A stretch of DNA of 64,000 nucleotides from Ignavibacteriota bacterium (GTDB lineage: Bacteria; Bacteroidota; Ignavibacteria; UBA10030; UBA6906), in the NCBI GenBank assembly GCA_963801355.1, contig CAWDEM010000004.1:224001-288000 (forward strand). The letters are read 5' to 3'. Made by a program: the position numbers and the translations under genes. This document shows, piece by piece, positions 9,412 to 18,662 of this stretch. Positions within the stretch are counted from its first letter, which is position 1, and every line of letters begins with the position of its first letter. The notes beneath the pieces were generated by a model. That model was not told where the DNA came from. It saw only the letters and a list, made by a program, of their open reading frames with translations, and did not search any database.

Positions 9412-10662
9412 ATGGACGCCGGCGCGGCAGCAACGCTGCATGCGGAGAAAAGGCCAGCGGTGAATGTGCTGGGGATGAACCGTGAGGAACTCCGTGCATT
9501 TGCCACGGCTCTCGGCGAGCGTCCGTACCGGGGCGATCAGCTGTACCGATGGCTTTACGCCCGCGGGGCGATGTCGTTCGACGCCATGACCGACATCGCC
9601 CTCGCGACGAGGGAGAGGCTCTCGCGTGCTGCGGCGATCCATGGCGTGGTCCCTGTCACCAGGACGCTTTCTCCCACCGATGGTACTTCAAAGTTCCTGT
9701 TTGCCCTCTCCGACGGTCTCCACATCGAAAGCGTGTCTATTCCACCCTCCTCCAGGTTTGACCCGGATGAACGGAAGTCAGGGGATCAGCTGCCTCCGGA
9801 ACGGCTCACGCTGTGCGTCTCCACACAGGTTGGCTGTCCTCTTGCCTGTGCATTTTGTGCTACCGGGACGATGGGGTTTCTGCGGAATCTGACCGTGGCG
9901 GAAATCATTGATCAGGTGCTGCATATCCGGCGTGCCACAGGGTGGCGTGTCACGAACGTGGTGTTCATGGGAATGGGGGAACCGCTTCTGAATTACGAGC
10001 GGGTCATGCAAGCGGCGGAGATCATGACCGATGGCCTGGAGATTGCGGCCCGGCGGATCACGGTGTCCACCGCCGGATGGGTGGACGGCATACTCCGCAT
10101 GGCAGCGGACCGGCGACGGAACAAGCTTGCCATCTCACTTCACAGTGCCGTTGAAGAAACCCGTGCGCGCCTCATGCCCATCACACGCCGTTTCCCGCTG
10201 CCGCGGTTGCTTGACGCGGTGAAACGCTACTACGCAGCGACAGGGATACGCATAACCTATGAGTGCATCTTCTTTGAAGGGGTCAATGACAGTCCGGAGG
10301 AAGTGCGCAGGCTCATCAAGTTTGCCCGGGCGGTTCCGTGCAAGATCAATGTGATTCCGTATCATTCCATCGCATTCACACACCCTGAAGGACCGGCCGC
10401 GCTTCTTCGTCCTTCAAGCCTGTCCGACGCAATCGTCGCACAGCTCCGGGAGGCGGACCTCACCGTGCTGGTGCGCAGCAGTGCCGGCGAAGATATCGCG
10501 GCGGCATGCGGGCAACTGGCCGTCGCTGTACCACACCATCGGCACACCGGGTCACGCTTGCGTGCCAGAACACCAGTTTCACACAAGACGACAAACCATG
10601 AGACTTCTCCTATTCGGGCCTCCGGGCGTGGGAAAGGGAACACAGGCAAAGCTGTTCTCTGA
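9412..10662 (+). CDS. rlmN: 23S rRNA (adenine2503-C2)-methyltransferase, radical SAM
   Basis: STQVGCPLACAFC, VFMGMGEP, ISLH, DIAAACGQL; start uncertain (9412 ATG or 9460 GTG). Confidence 0.93.
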   Translation: MDAGAAATLHAEKRPAVNVLGMNREELRAFATALGERPYRGDQLYRWLYARGAMSFDAMTDIALATRERLSRAAAIHGVVPVTRTLSPTDGTSKFLFALSDGLHIESVSIPPSSRFDPDERKSGDQLPPERLTLCVSTQVGCPLACAFCATGTMGFLRNLTVAEIIDQVLHIRRATGWRVTNVVFMGMGEPLLNYERVMQAAEIMTDGLEIAARRITVSTAGWVDGILRMAADRRRNKLAISLHSAVEETRARLMPITRRFPLPRLLDAVKRYYAATGIRITYECIFFEGVNDSPEEVRRLIKFARAVPCKINVIPYHSIAFTHPEGPAALLRPSSLSDAIVAQLREADLTVLVRSSAGEDIAAACGQLAVAVPHHRHTGSRLRARTPVSHKTTNHETSPIRASGRGKGNTGKAVL

Positions 10663-11257
10663 AGAGTACAGAGTTCCACATTACTCAACCGGTGATATGC
10701 TCCGGGCCGCCGTTGCGGCACATACCCCCCTCGGTCAGAAAGCCGGCTCGTTCATCAATGCCGGACAGCTCGTTCCCGACGATGTGATGATCGGTATCAT
10801 CCGGGATACGCTGATGACCCCGGAAGGATCGCACGGTTTCATCCTGGACGGCTTTCCCCGCACGGTTCCCCAGGCCGAGGCTCTCACGAAGATGTTCCAT
10901 GATCTCGGGATTGCCGAATACCGCGTGGTCAACATCCATGTTGCCGACGAAGAACTTGTCCGCCGGCTGAGTAATCGTCTGCAATGTCCCGACGAGGGAA
11001 AGATTTTCAACCGGGAGCTGGACAGTGTAGCGGCGGGCAGTCCCTGTCCCTCGTGCGGCGCATCCCTCGTACAGCGGGCGGACGATTCGCCGGAGACGGT
11101 GCGGGCACGCCTTGCGGTCTACCACGCAAAGACCTCCCCCGTGCTGGGATACTATGAACGGCTCGGCAGGGCGGTGACCGTGGATGGCGGTGGTGCAATT
11201 GATGAAGTGCATCGGCTCATCGTGGACCGGCTCCGCATGCTGGGAATGCCGTCATGA
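10598..11257 (+). CDS. adk: Adenylate kinase
   Basis: GPPGVGKGTQA, STGDMLR, GFILDGFPRT, long lid domain. Confidence 0.95.
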   Translation: MRLLLFGPPGVGKGTQAKLFSEEYRVPHYSTGDMLRAAVAAHTPLGQKAGSFINAGQLVPDDVMIGIIRDTLMTPEGSHGFILDGFPRTVPQAEALTKMFHDLGIAEYRVVNIHVADEELVRRLSNRLQCPDEGKIFNRELDSVAAGSPCPSCGASLVQRADDSPETVRARLAVYHAKTSPVLGYYERLGRAVTVDGGGAIDEVHRLIVDRLRMLGMPS

Positions 11258-11988
11258 TGGTCCTGGCGCACCGGGGAAGCTCGGGAACGGCGCCGGAGAA
11301 CACCATGGCGGCCTTCCGGTCGGCCGCTGCAGCGGGAGCGGATCTGATCGAATTGGATGTCCGATTTTCCGCCGAGTGCACGTCTGTGGTGATTCATGAT
11401 CGTACCCTTCGCCGGACGACGAACGGCAGCGGGTTTGTTCATGCAACGCCGCTCTCCCGGCTGCGGCAGCTGGATGCAGGACGGTGGTTTTCGTCGGAAT
11501 TCGCCGGAGAGCGCATTCCCACATTGTCGGAGGTTCTTGAGACGTTGCCACCCGCCATCGGCATCAACTGCGAAGTAAAGACCGACGGTGATCTGCGGTC
11601 ACGGGAATCACGGGCCGGCGCACTTGCTGACACACTCCGCCGCCATGGAAAGCAGCGCCAGCTCATTGTCTCATCGTTTGACCATCGTTTCCTTGCCGTT
11701 TTTTCTCACCAGGCGCCGGCGGTTGCCCTGGGGATTCTTGTCCAACCCGTGCGGGATATTGCCCGACGGGCATCGGCTCTCGCCGGCCGGGTCGGTGCAG
11801 TGTGCATCTTCTGCAGCAGGCGGGTGGTCCGTCGCCGCATGATAGACGACGCCCATCGTCACAATCTGAGCGTCGGCGTGTATGTCGTTGATACTGCTGA
11901 CGTCCTGACCCGCATGCAACGCTTTGGCGTCGATATGGTGTTCACCAACCATCCCGAGATTATTCTGCCATGTCTCGAACGTACGTAA
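11254..11988 (+). CDS. Glycerophosphodiester phosphodiesterase family protein
   Basis: AHRG, PENT, ELDV, HD, CEVK, SSF, FTNHP; ATGA overlap with adk. Confidence 0.92.
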   Translation: MMVLAHRGSSGTAPENTMAAFRSAAAAGADLIELDVRFSAECTSVVIHDRTLRRTTNGSGFVHATPLSRLRQLDAGRWFSSEFAGERIPTLSEVLETLPPAIGINCEVKTDGDLRSRESRAGALADTLRRHGKQRQLIVSSFDHRFLAVFSHQAPAVALGILVQPVRDIARRASALAGRVGAVCIFCSRRVVRRRMIDDAHRHNLSVGVYVVDTADVLTRMQRFGVDMVFTNHPEIILPCLERT

Positions 11989-14642
11989 GATTGTCTTGCC
12001 CGCGCCCGGGCGACCCGCGGGCGTTGATCCTTGCCGCATCGATGGCCATTCTGGTCGCCTTTACCGGATGCACCGGCGGCGACATCGACACCGTGCGGGA
12101 ACTGGACAGCACGCTGGCCCGCGTCGATCGGCTCCTGGATGATGGAAAAGTTCTTGAAGCGCGGTCAGAGTTGCTGGTGAACCTGGGCCGTTCGTCGGGA
12201 GCATGGAAGGGCATTCAGGCCGCCGGTGCCTACCGGTTGCTGGGAGATCTTTCCCGGCAGACGGCCCAACTTGACAGTGCGATGCTGTTCTATGCCCGGG
12301 CCGAAGAAGCATACCGTGGCCGTGTACAGCACGATGAAGCATTCCGGATGTCTCTCGCCGTTGTGGACATCCACCGTCTCATGCAACGGGAGGAAGACGC
12401 GCACCTGCAGGCGTTGGAAGCGCTGCGGCTTGCGACACTGTTCGGAGACAGTACGGCGGTCCAGGAAATCCGATGGTCATTACTCGATGTGTACCGTACA
12501 CTGGAACAACCCGAGGAGATAGCGCGTACCGCCGCCGCATTGCGTGCATTCTGCCGGCGGTCATCGGACTACGCGGGAGAGGCGCGGATCGATCTCATGG
12601 TCGCGAGAGGCGAGGCGCAACGGGGTGAGACGGACGCTGCGATTGGAAGCCTTCTCCAGAGCATCACGCTGGCCGGCAAGGCGCGGGATTCGGTTCTTGT
12701 TGTCCGGGGCCTCCTCTCGCTGGCGGCGGCGTTCGAGAAGGCGGGAAGGATGCGTGAGGCGCAGGAAAGTTATGCCACGATTCTTCAACAAGGGAGCGGA
12801 TCAGCGCGGGATCCGGAGCAGTATGTGCAGACACTTCTGCGCATCGGCAACTTCTCGCTGCGCAGCCGCCGGGTCGACACGGCAGCGGCATATTTTCAGA
12901 GAGCGTCCGCATATGCCCGGACAGTATTCAACGCCACGGGAGAGGCGTATGCGCTTCTCCAGGAAGCCCATTGCCTGGGATCGCGGAAGCGCACTGAGGC
13001 GGAGGTACTCTTCCGCAAGGGGTACGAGCTGCTGAGGGCGGGCGGGCATGCGCGCGGGACCACCTACGCGCTCATTTCTCTGGGGCGCGCGGCCGAGATG
13101 GAGAACCGAATCACGGACGCATTGCAGTTATACAGCGAAGCGTTGAAGGCGCAGGAGTCCGCGTATGCGAGCCGGACACCGGATGATCTCTGGCTCGACT
13201 GCGAGGAAACGGTTCTAGGGCGTGGAGGTGCCGATGCCTACCGTGCGATGGTGTCACTCCTGCTACAAACCGGAAAGACGGAGGAAGCGTTCTGGTATCA
13301 GGAACGCTGCAATGCCCGTGCGCTTGCCGATGATCTGGCCTCATGGGACGTAGAGACGGGGACGCCTGCGACAGATTCGACCCTGCGCATATTCACGCAC
13401 CTGCGCGCGCTCCACAAAGGCGCGGAAGGGATTCTGGAACAATTGACCACATCCCGATATGGAACACCTGCCCTTGTGACGAAAGTCCGCGCCGACCTGA
13501 GTCATCTCGAAGAAGACATGGGCGCACAGGCGGACCGCATACGACATGCAGATGCACGGATGACGGCCATCGTGGACCCCGGGGGTGTCAGTGTTGCGGA
13601 CATACAGAAGGCTCTGGATCCCGATGCACTACTGCTGATGTATCTTCCCACGGAACGCTCGCTGAATGTCTGTGCGGTCACGCCATCGCACAGCACACTC
13701 CACATGTCGTCAACAGCTCCGGAACGCATCGCCGAGCTCATGCAATGGTATCTCCAGGAGTGCATGCAGAGTGCGGGGAAAGCCGATTCCGCCCGGGAGA
13801 ACGGGCGGGGCCGGGACGGCTACATGCGGGAACTGACGCGCGCGCTGTATGAAGCACTGATCCTTCCGGTGGAATCCGAGTTCAGGCATGATACGCGCCT
13901 GGTCGTCATTCTTCCGTCGCGCCTGCCGGCGTTTTCTCTTGCGGGGTTGCGGCGCGGCGGGCGATCCGGTGCCCCCGCGCTGGTGGAACGCTTCGCTCTC
14001 AGCTATCTGCCCTCCGCGAGGTTCCTCCTGTCACCGGCGGCGGCGTCCGTCCCGGTCCGCACTGTCACCGCGCTCGGTGTGCGTGGCTCCACCGGATGGG
14101 ATGTTGAGTATGAACTGCGGGACATCCACGCATTTTACAGAGATGCCCGCCTGCTCTTCGGCAAGGAGGCGACGCTCGCCTCATTGCGCTCAACGCGCTC
14201 CGATCTTCTTCATCTGGCGGCGGAAGTCCGGTTCAGTCGGCAGCATCCATTGCGCGGGGCGTTCATTCTCGGCGATGGTGAAAACGCCGACGGGAGCGTA
14301 GCTGTCCCTCTTGCATCGGTGTTTTCGCTGCCTCCTGCACGTGCTGTTGTGCTGTTCAATCTCTCCAATCGCCTGCCGGCGACGGAACGTGCGGTGGCGG
14401 CTGCGTTTCTGGCAAATGGGTCGTCGTCGGTGATTGTCAATGCCGCGCCGCTCACGCGCAAGGCAAAGAAGAAGTTCGGTGAAAGTTTCTACACTGCACT
14501 GCAAACAGGCGTGATGGTGCCCGAATCTTTTCATGCTGCTCAGAATGCGATGGTCAGCACAGATGAGCTGTCATCGACGTTCTTCTGGGCACCGCTGATG
14601 CTGTGGGGAAAAGGGAACGGCGGAGGTGCAGGAGCACCCTAG
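11970..14642 (+). CDS. TPR-repeat plus CHAT-domain protein, probable lipoprotein, catalytic dyad degenerate
   Basis: ILVAFTGC lipobox; TPR helices; CHAT hallmarks LYEALILP, LVERFALSYLPSA, FYTAL, FFWAPLMLWG. Confidence 0.8.
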   Translation: MSRTYVRLSCPRPGDPRALILAASMAILVAFTGCTGGDIDTVRELDSTLARVDRLLDDGKVLEARSELLVNLGRSSGAWKGIQAAGAYRLLGDLSRQTAQLDSAMLFYARAEEAYRGRVQHDEAFRMSLAVVDIHRLMQREEDAHLQALEALRLATLFGDSTAVQEIRWSLLDVYRTLEQPEEIARTAAALRAFCRRSSDYAGEARIDLMVARGEAQRGETDAAIGSLLQSITLAGKARDSVLVVRGLLSLAAAFEKAGRMREAQESYATILQQGSGSARDPEQYVQTLLRIGNFSLRSRRVDTAAAYFQRASAYARTVFNATGEAYALLQEAHCLGSRKRTEAEVLFRKGYELLRAGGHARGTTYALISLGRAAEMENRITDALQLYSEALKAQESAYASRTPDDLWLDCEETVLGRGGADAYRAMVSLLLQTGKTEEAFWYQERCNARALADDLASWDVETGTPATDSTLRIFTHLRALHKGAEGILEQLTTSRYGTPALVTKVRADLSHLEEDMGAQADRIRHADARMTAIVDPGGVSVADIQKALDPDALLLMYLPTERSLNVCAVTPSHSTLHMSSTAPERIAELMQWYLQECMQSAGKADSARENGRGRDGYMRELTRALYEALILPVESEFRHDTRLVVILPSRLPAFSLAGLRRGGRSGAPALVERFALSYLPSARFLLSPAAASVPVRTVTALGVRGSTGWDVEYELRDIHAFYRDARLLFGKEATLASLRSTRSDLLHLAAEVRFSRQHPLRGAFILGDGENADGSVAVPLASVFSLPPARAVVLFNLSNRLPATERAVAAAFLANGSSSVIVNAAPLTRKAKKKFGESFYTALQTGVMVPESFHAAQNAMVSTDELSSTFFWAPLMLWGKGNGGGAGAP

Positions 14643-15529
14643 CGCTGGCGGATCTTGATACTCCCGAGTCCGGAATCAAGGGTGATGTTCATCTTTCCGG
14701 TCGCACGGTAGTAGTTGTCGGTGAGATACTCGTTTTCAGCACTGCTCGCAAAGCTGGCATCAAAATCCACCGTTGAAACCCAGTTCTTCTCGTAGGCGAT
14801 ACGGGCTCCTGCTTCTTTCGGCACTATGATTGTGGCGAAGCCCAATCCCACTTCCACATTCACTTCCACTTCATTCCTGAGAGTGCCACCGAAGTCCAGG
14901 GTGTATGATCCGACGCCACCCTGAAAATGGAAATTCTTAAAACGGGCGTTCGAGAGATTATGTCCTTCAAATCGACTCATCCCCGACTCGATCGTCAGAT
15001 TTTCGATTTCGAGCGGATTTTCTTCACCGAAATTCAGTTCCACTTCGCTTGCGCCGGATGAGAGGTTGAAATCCTTGACCTGCAGGCCGGTCATATCGAA
15101 ATTGCCCCTGCCCACACCAAGTTCTATGTCGAACGAAATCGGCAGCGCATCGCTGAACTGCAGGATCCAGGAGCCGCCCTCGATGCCGCCGATATGCATT
15201 CCCCGTTTCTTTCCCTCCGGTTCGTCGGCATCATGGCCCAGATTCACTTCCAGATAGCCGACTCTGTTGCGGACCGTATAGTCGACAGTCATGCGCGGTG
15301 ATTCGTCCGCCGTATTTTGACTCCCCATGCTGACGATTTTGCCGGACTCTCCTCTGCTGATGGTCACATTGCCGAATGAAGAGGCGAGCACAACCTTGAT
15401 TTCCTTTTCGGTCGTCCGGCCGATCTCCTTGAGGCGTCCTAACTCCTGCGCGCCGGCTCCGGACAAACAGGCGATCAGCAGGGTGACAATTGTGCACACC
15501 GGCACTATGTTGGCACGGGGTATCTTCAT
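14639..15529 (-). CDS. Exported toast-rack/LiaF-like beta-solenoid protein
   Basis: Signal peptide and repeated beta motifs (IELGVG, LSSGAS, IESGMS, FQGGVG, LDSGLGSI); AAGGAG RBS. Confidence 0.65.
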   Translation of the reverse strand: MKIPRANIVPVCTIVTLLIACLSGAGAQELGRLKEIGRTTEKEIKVVLASSFGNVTISRGESGKIVSMGSQNTADESPRMTVDYTVRNRVGYLEVNLGHDADEPEGKKRGMHIGGIEGGSWILQFSDALPISFDIELGVGRGNFDMTGLQVKDFNLSSGASEVELNFGEENPLEIENLTIESGMSRFEGHNLSNARFKNFHFQGGVGSYTLDFGGTLRNEVEVNVEVGLGFATIIVPKEAGARIAYEKNWVSTVDFDASFASSAENEYLTDNYYRATGKMNITLDSGLGSIKIRQR

Positions 15530-15562
15530 GGCAAATGCAGCCTACTCCTTCTCTATTATCTA

Positions 15563-15589
15563 TACGGAAGAATCCCTGCAGAGGTTACA
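15563..15589 (-). promoter_or_regulatory. ECF sigma-type promoter (sigW/sigX-like)
   Basis: Minus strand TGTAAC (15589-15584), 17 nt, CGTA (15566-15563), between the ECF gene stop and the toast-rack gene. Confidence 0.65.
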
Positions 15590-15597
15590 GATCGGGG

Positions 15598-16257
15598 TCA
15601 ATAGTGGCGGATTTTGTGGCGAAGCTGCTTGTACAGGAGCTCACGGGCCCTGAAAATGTGTGCTTTGACGGTTCCAATCGGGATTTTCAGCATTTTGGCA
15701 ATTTCCTCGTAGCTCCGTTCTTCGCTGTGACGGAGAAGAATCACCCTGCGATACTTCTCGGGAAGCTGGTCAATTGCCTGCTGCAGGAGCACGGCACGCT
15801 GGTCGCTGATGAGGGCTTTGTCGGCTTCGTAGGAATCATCCGGCAGCTCATAGGTGTAATCACTGTCTTTTGACTCGATCGGCTTGTCGATCGAATACAT
15901 CTGAAGTTTCCGGCGCCGGATATGGTCGATACAGTTGTTCGTTGCAATCTTGTACAGCCACGTGGAGAAGGCAAACTCCTCGTTGAAATTCTTGAGCGAA
16001 GAAAATGCCTTGATGAACGCCTCCTGTGTAAGATCCTCCACCTGTTCATGGTCATGCACCATGCGGTAGACGAAACCGAAAATCGCATCGTGGTATTTGT
16101 GCATCAGGTGGGCGTATGCGGCGTCGTCACCCGCCAGTGCCGCCTTGATCAGACGGGAATCCTCAGAGCGCGAATCCAGTCGCTTCTGCTCTTTGGAGTC
16201 TCCGGGAGTGGGAGGGGATTTGGCCGGCCGTGATCGTGTGGATCGTCGTTGAGGCAT
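15598..16257 (-). CDS. ECF RNA polymerase sigma factor (SigW/RpoE-like)
   Basis: EDLTQEAFIKAF, FSTWLYKIATNNCID, SYEEIAKMLKIPIGTVKAHIFRAR; start trimmed to ATG 16257. Confidence 0.93.
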   Translation of the reverse strand: MPQRRSTRSRPAKSPPTPGDSKEQKRLDSRSEDSRLIKAALAGDDAAYAHLMHKYHDAIFGFVYRMVHDHEQVEDLTQEAFIKAFSSLKNFNEEFAFSTWLYKIATNNCIDHIRRRKLQMYSIDKPIESKDSDYTYELPDDSYEADKALISDQRAVLLQQAIDQLPEKYRRVILLRHSEERSYEEIAKMLKIPIGTVKAHIFRARELLYKQLRHKIRHY

Positions 16258-16269
16258 GAGAGTGCCGAA

Positions 16270-16298
16270 AAAGTACAGAAAACGCTGCAAAGGTGCAA
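16270..16298 (-). promoter_or_regulatory. sigma70-type promoter of the ECF gene
   Basis: Minus strand TTGCAC, 17 nt, TACTTT, ending 12 nt before ATG 16257. Confidence 0.55.
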
Positions 16299-16308
16299 GG
16301 ACGGCTGT

Positions 16309-16337
16309 TTGCTTCAACTCGAAGAAATACGTAAGTT
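16309..16337 (+). promoter_or_regulatory. sigma70-type promoter, leaderless tmk
   Basis: TTGCTT (16309-16314), 17 nt, TAAGTT (16332-16337), then 5 nt to ATG 16343; no SD. Confidence 0.55.
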
Positions 16338-16342
16338 GTCCC

Positions 16343-16960
16343 ATGTTTCTGACATTCGAAGGCATTGATTTCTCCGGCAAGTCCACTCAGGCCCGGCTTC
16401 TTGTGGAACGGCTGGAGAACAATCATACCGTGCGACTCATCCGGGAGCCCGGTGGGACGCGGATCTCGGAGCGACTGCGGGAAATACTTCTCGACAAACG
16501 TCATCTTGAACTCACGGACGTTGCTGAACTCTTCCTTTTCGAGGCCAGCAGGGCACAGCTTGTGGCGGAGGTCATCCGTCCCGCCCTGGAACGGGGTGAG
16601 TTCGTGATTTGTGACCGGTACTTCGATTCCACAACGGCGTACCAGGGGTTTGGCCGCGGTATCGACATCGGTGCGATTGCGGGGATCAACACACTGGCGA
16701 CGGGCGGGACCGACCCGGACCTGACATTTATGATCGATATTCCCGTGGAGGAGATCGAGCGACGGAAACAGGGTGCGGGGCTGGTATTTGACCGGATGGA
16801 AATAAGCGGCCGGCAGTTTTACGAGCGGGTGCGGGCGGGATACGAGCACCTTTCCCGGACGATGGAACGCATGGTGCTGATTGACGGAACACGGTCTGTG
16901 CAGGACATTCACCAGGAAATCTGGAAAACGCTGGTTCTTCGGCGGATTATTCACTCATAG
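16343..16960 (+). CDS. tmk: Thymidylate kinase
   Basis: FLTFEGIDFSGKSTQ, REPGGT, CDRYFDSTTAYQG. Confidence 0.96.
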   Translation: MFLTFEGIDFSGKSTQARLLVERLENNHTVRLIREPGGTRISERLREILLDKRHLELTDVAELFLFEASRAQLVAEVIRPALERGEFVICDRYFDSTTAYQGFGRGIDIGAIAGINTLATGGTDPDLTFMIDIPVEEIERRKQGAGLVFDRMEISGRQFYERVRAGYEHLSRTMERMVLIDGTRSVQDIHQEIWKTLVLRRIIHS

Positions 16961-16980
16961 AGGGAAGAGCGGAGCAGGAT

Positions 16981-18651
16981 ATGCGCGAAAGTGCACACAA
17001 GGGAAAAGGCCGGAACGGTGTTGCTGTTGCAGGCATCGCCGGGGTGATTGTTCTTTTTTTCGGTTTTATGGGATCTGGAGATAATGAGTTTCTCCTGAAA
17101 GTGAACAGGGGCATTGATGTCTTCGGACGGGTGTATAAAGAAGTCACGACAAATTACGTTGACGACATCGACCCGGAAAAGTTCATGGAGGCCGGGATTA
17201 ACGGAATGCTCGGTACACTGGACCCCTATACCGCATACATCGACAAAGAAGACGGCGATGAAGTAGATCTTCTGACAACCGGAAAGTACGGCGGGGTAGG
17301 CGTCACGATCGGCATCCGGGACGGAGCCGTGCGGGTGATTTCGTTGATGGACGGTTATTCCGCGCAGCGGCAGGGTTTGCTGCCCGGCGACCGGTTCATC
17401 ACCATCGGCGGTGTCGATGTTTCCAACATGAAACCCGATGAGATCCGCAATCTTACGCGCGGGGACCCCGGTACGGACGTCAAAGTGGTGATCGAACGCG
17501 AAGGTGAGGCACGCCCGTTGGAGTTCGTTCTGATCCGGGAAGAGATTCAGGTGAAGAACGTCACCTATGCAGGTCGTGTGGAGGATGGGATCGGCTATAT
17601 ACGTCTCGAGCGGTTCTCGCGGCGGGCGGGGGATGAAGTCCGCCAGGCGATCCGCGAAATGAAGATCAGCGGGGATTTGAGCGGAATGATTCTTGACCTG
17701 CGCGGCAACCCCGGTGGATTGCTCGATGCCGCAGTGGATGTGAGCAGCAAGTTTGTTCCGCGCGGCAGCCTGATCGTCAGCACCCGGGGACGTCGCGCCG
17801 AGGCAGAACGGAAGTACTCGTCGACCGAAGAACCGGTTCTTCCGTCGACACCTCTTGTGGTGCTCACAGATCGGAACAGCGCCAGTGCTAGCGAAATCGT
17901 CGCCGGCAGCCTGCAGGACCTGGATCGCGCCCTGATCGTCGGAACACGGTCATTTGGCAAGGGGCTGGTCCAGACGATTGTCCCGTTGAACTACGGAGCA
18001 CAGCTGAAGGTCACGACGGCACGGTACTATATTCCGAGCGGGCGCAGCATCCAGGAGATCGACTACGTGCATCGCGACCGGAACGGCGTGTTTGTCGTCA
18101 CGCCGGACAGTCTCAAGCGCCAGTTCACCACAGCGCGAGGCCGGAAGGTCACGGAATTAGGAGGCATCGCCCCTGACACCGTGGTGGAACTGGAAGATCC
18201 CGGCCCCATGGTGCGCGAGCTGCGGCGGAAGTTGCTCTTCTTTAGATTTGCCAATCGCTACGTAAGTGAGCATCCCGGCGATTCACTGCTCACGGTGACG
18301 CCCGAAGTGCTCGCTGCTTTCAAGAGCTTTCTGGAAAAGGAAAAATTCCATTTCCAGGAGGAGAGCGAAAATCGGTTGAAAGAACTCCGGCAAACCGCGG
18401 AGCGCGGCCGGTACAGCGAGGAGCTCCTGAAGGAACTGGACGTCATATCGGGAATCGTCGAGCGTGAAAATGCACGCGGCTTTGAACGGTTCCGCGACTA
18501 TGTCAGCAACGATTTGCATGTCGAACTGATGGGCAGACTCAAGAACGAGCACGGCCGCATCGAGGCATCCCTGAAATTCGACAGGCAGGTCCAGACAGCG
18601 GTCAAACTCCTGCAGGATCGCAAACTCTTCGCGCGGCGGATGGGCCTCTAG
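16981..18651 (+). CDS. Carboxy-terminal processing protease, S41 family, with PDZ
   Basis: LDPYT, GGVG PDZ, DLRGNPGG, SASASEIVAG, FGKG. Confidence 0.93.
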   Translation: MRESAHKGKGRNGVAVAGIAGVIVLFFGFMGSGDNEFLLKVNRGIDVFGRVYKEVTTNYVDDIDPEKFMEAGINGMLGTLDPYTAYIDKEDGDEVDLLTTGKYGGVGVTIGIRDGAVRVISLMDGYSAQRQGLLPGDRFITIGGVDVSNMKPDEIRNLTRGDPGTDVKVVIEREGEARPLEFVLIREEIQVKNVTYAGRVEDGIGYIRLERFSRRAGDEVRQAIREMKISGDLSGMILDLRGNPGGLLDAAVDVSSKFVPRGSLIVSTRGRRAEAERKYSSTEEPVLPSTPLVVLTDRNSASASEIVAGSLQDLDRALIVGTRSFGKGLVQTIVPLNYGAQLKVTTARYYIPSGRSIQEIDYVHRDRNGVFVVTPDSLKRQFTTARGRKVTELGGIAPDTVVELEDPGPMVRELRRKLLFFRFANRYVSEHPGDSLLTVTPEVLAAFKSFLEKEKFHFQEESENRLKELRQTAERGRYSEELLKELDVISGIVERENARGFERFRDYVSNDLHVELMGRLKNEHGRIEASLKFDRQVQTAVKLLQDRKLFARRMGL

Positions 18652-18662
18652 GCCCGGGGACA

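Noticed and set aside
11970-14642. TPR-CHAT as a CRISPR-associated or anti-phage caspase system
   Set aside because: No cas or defence genes are nearby, the dyad is missing, and the context is housekeeping.
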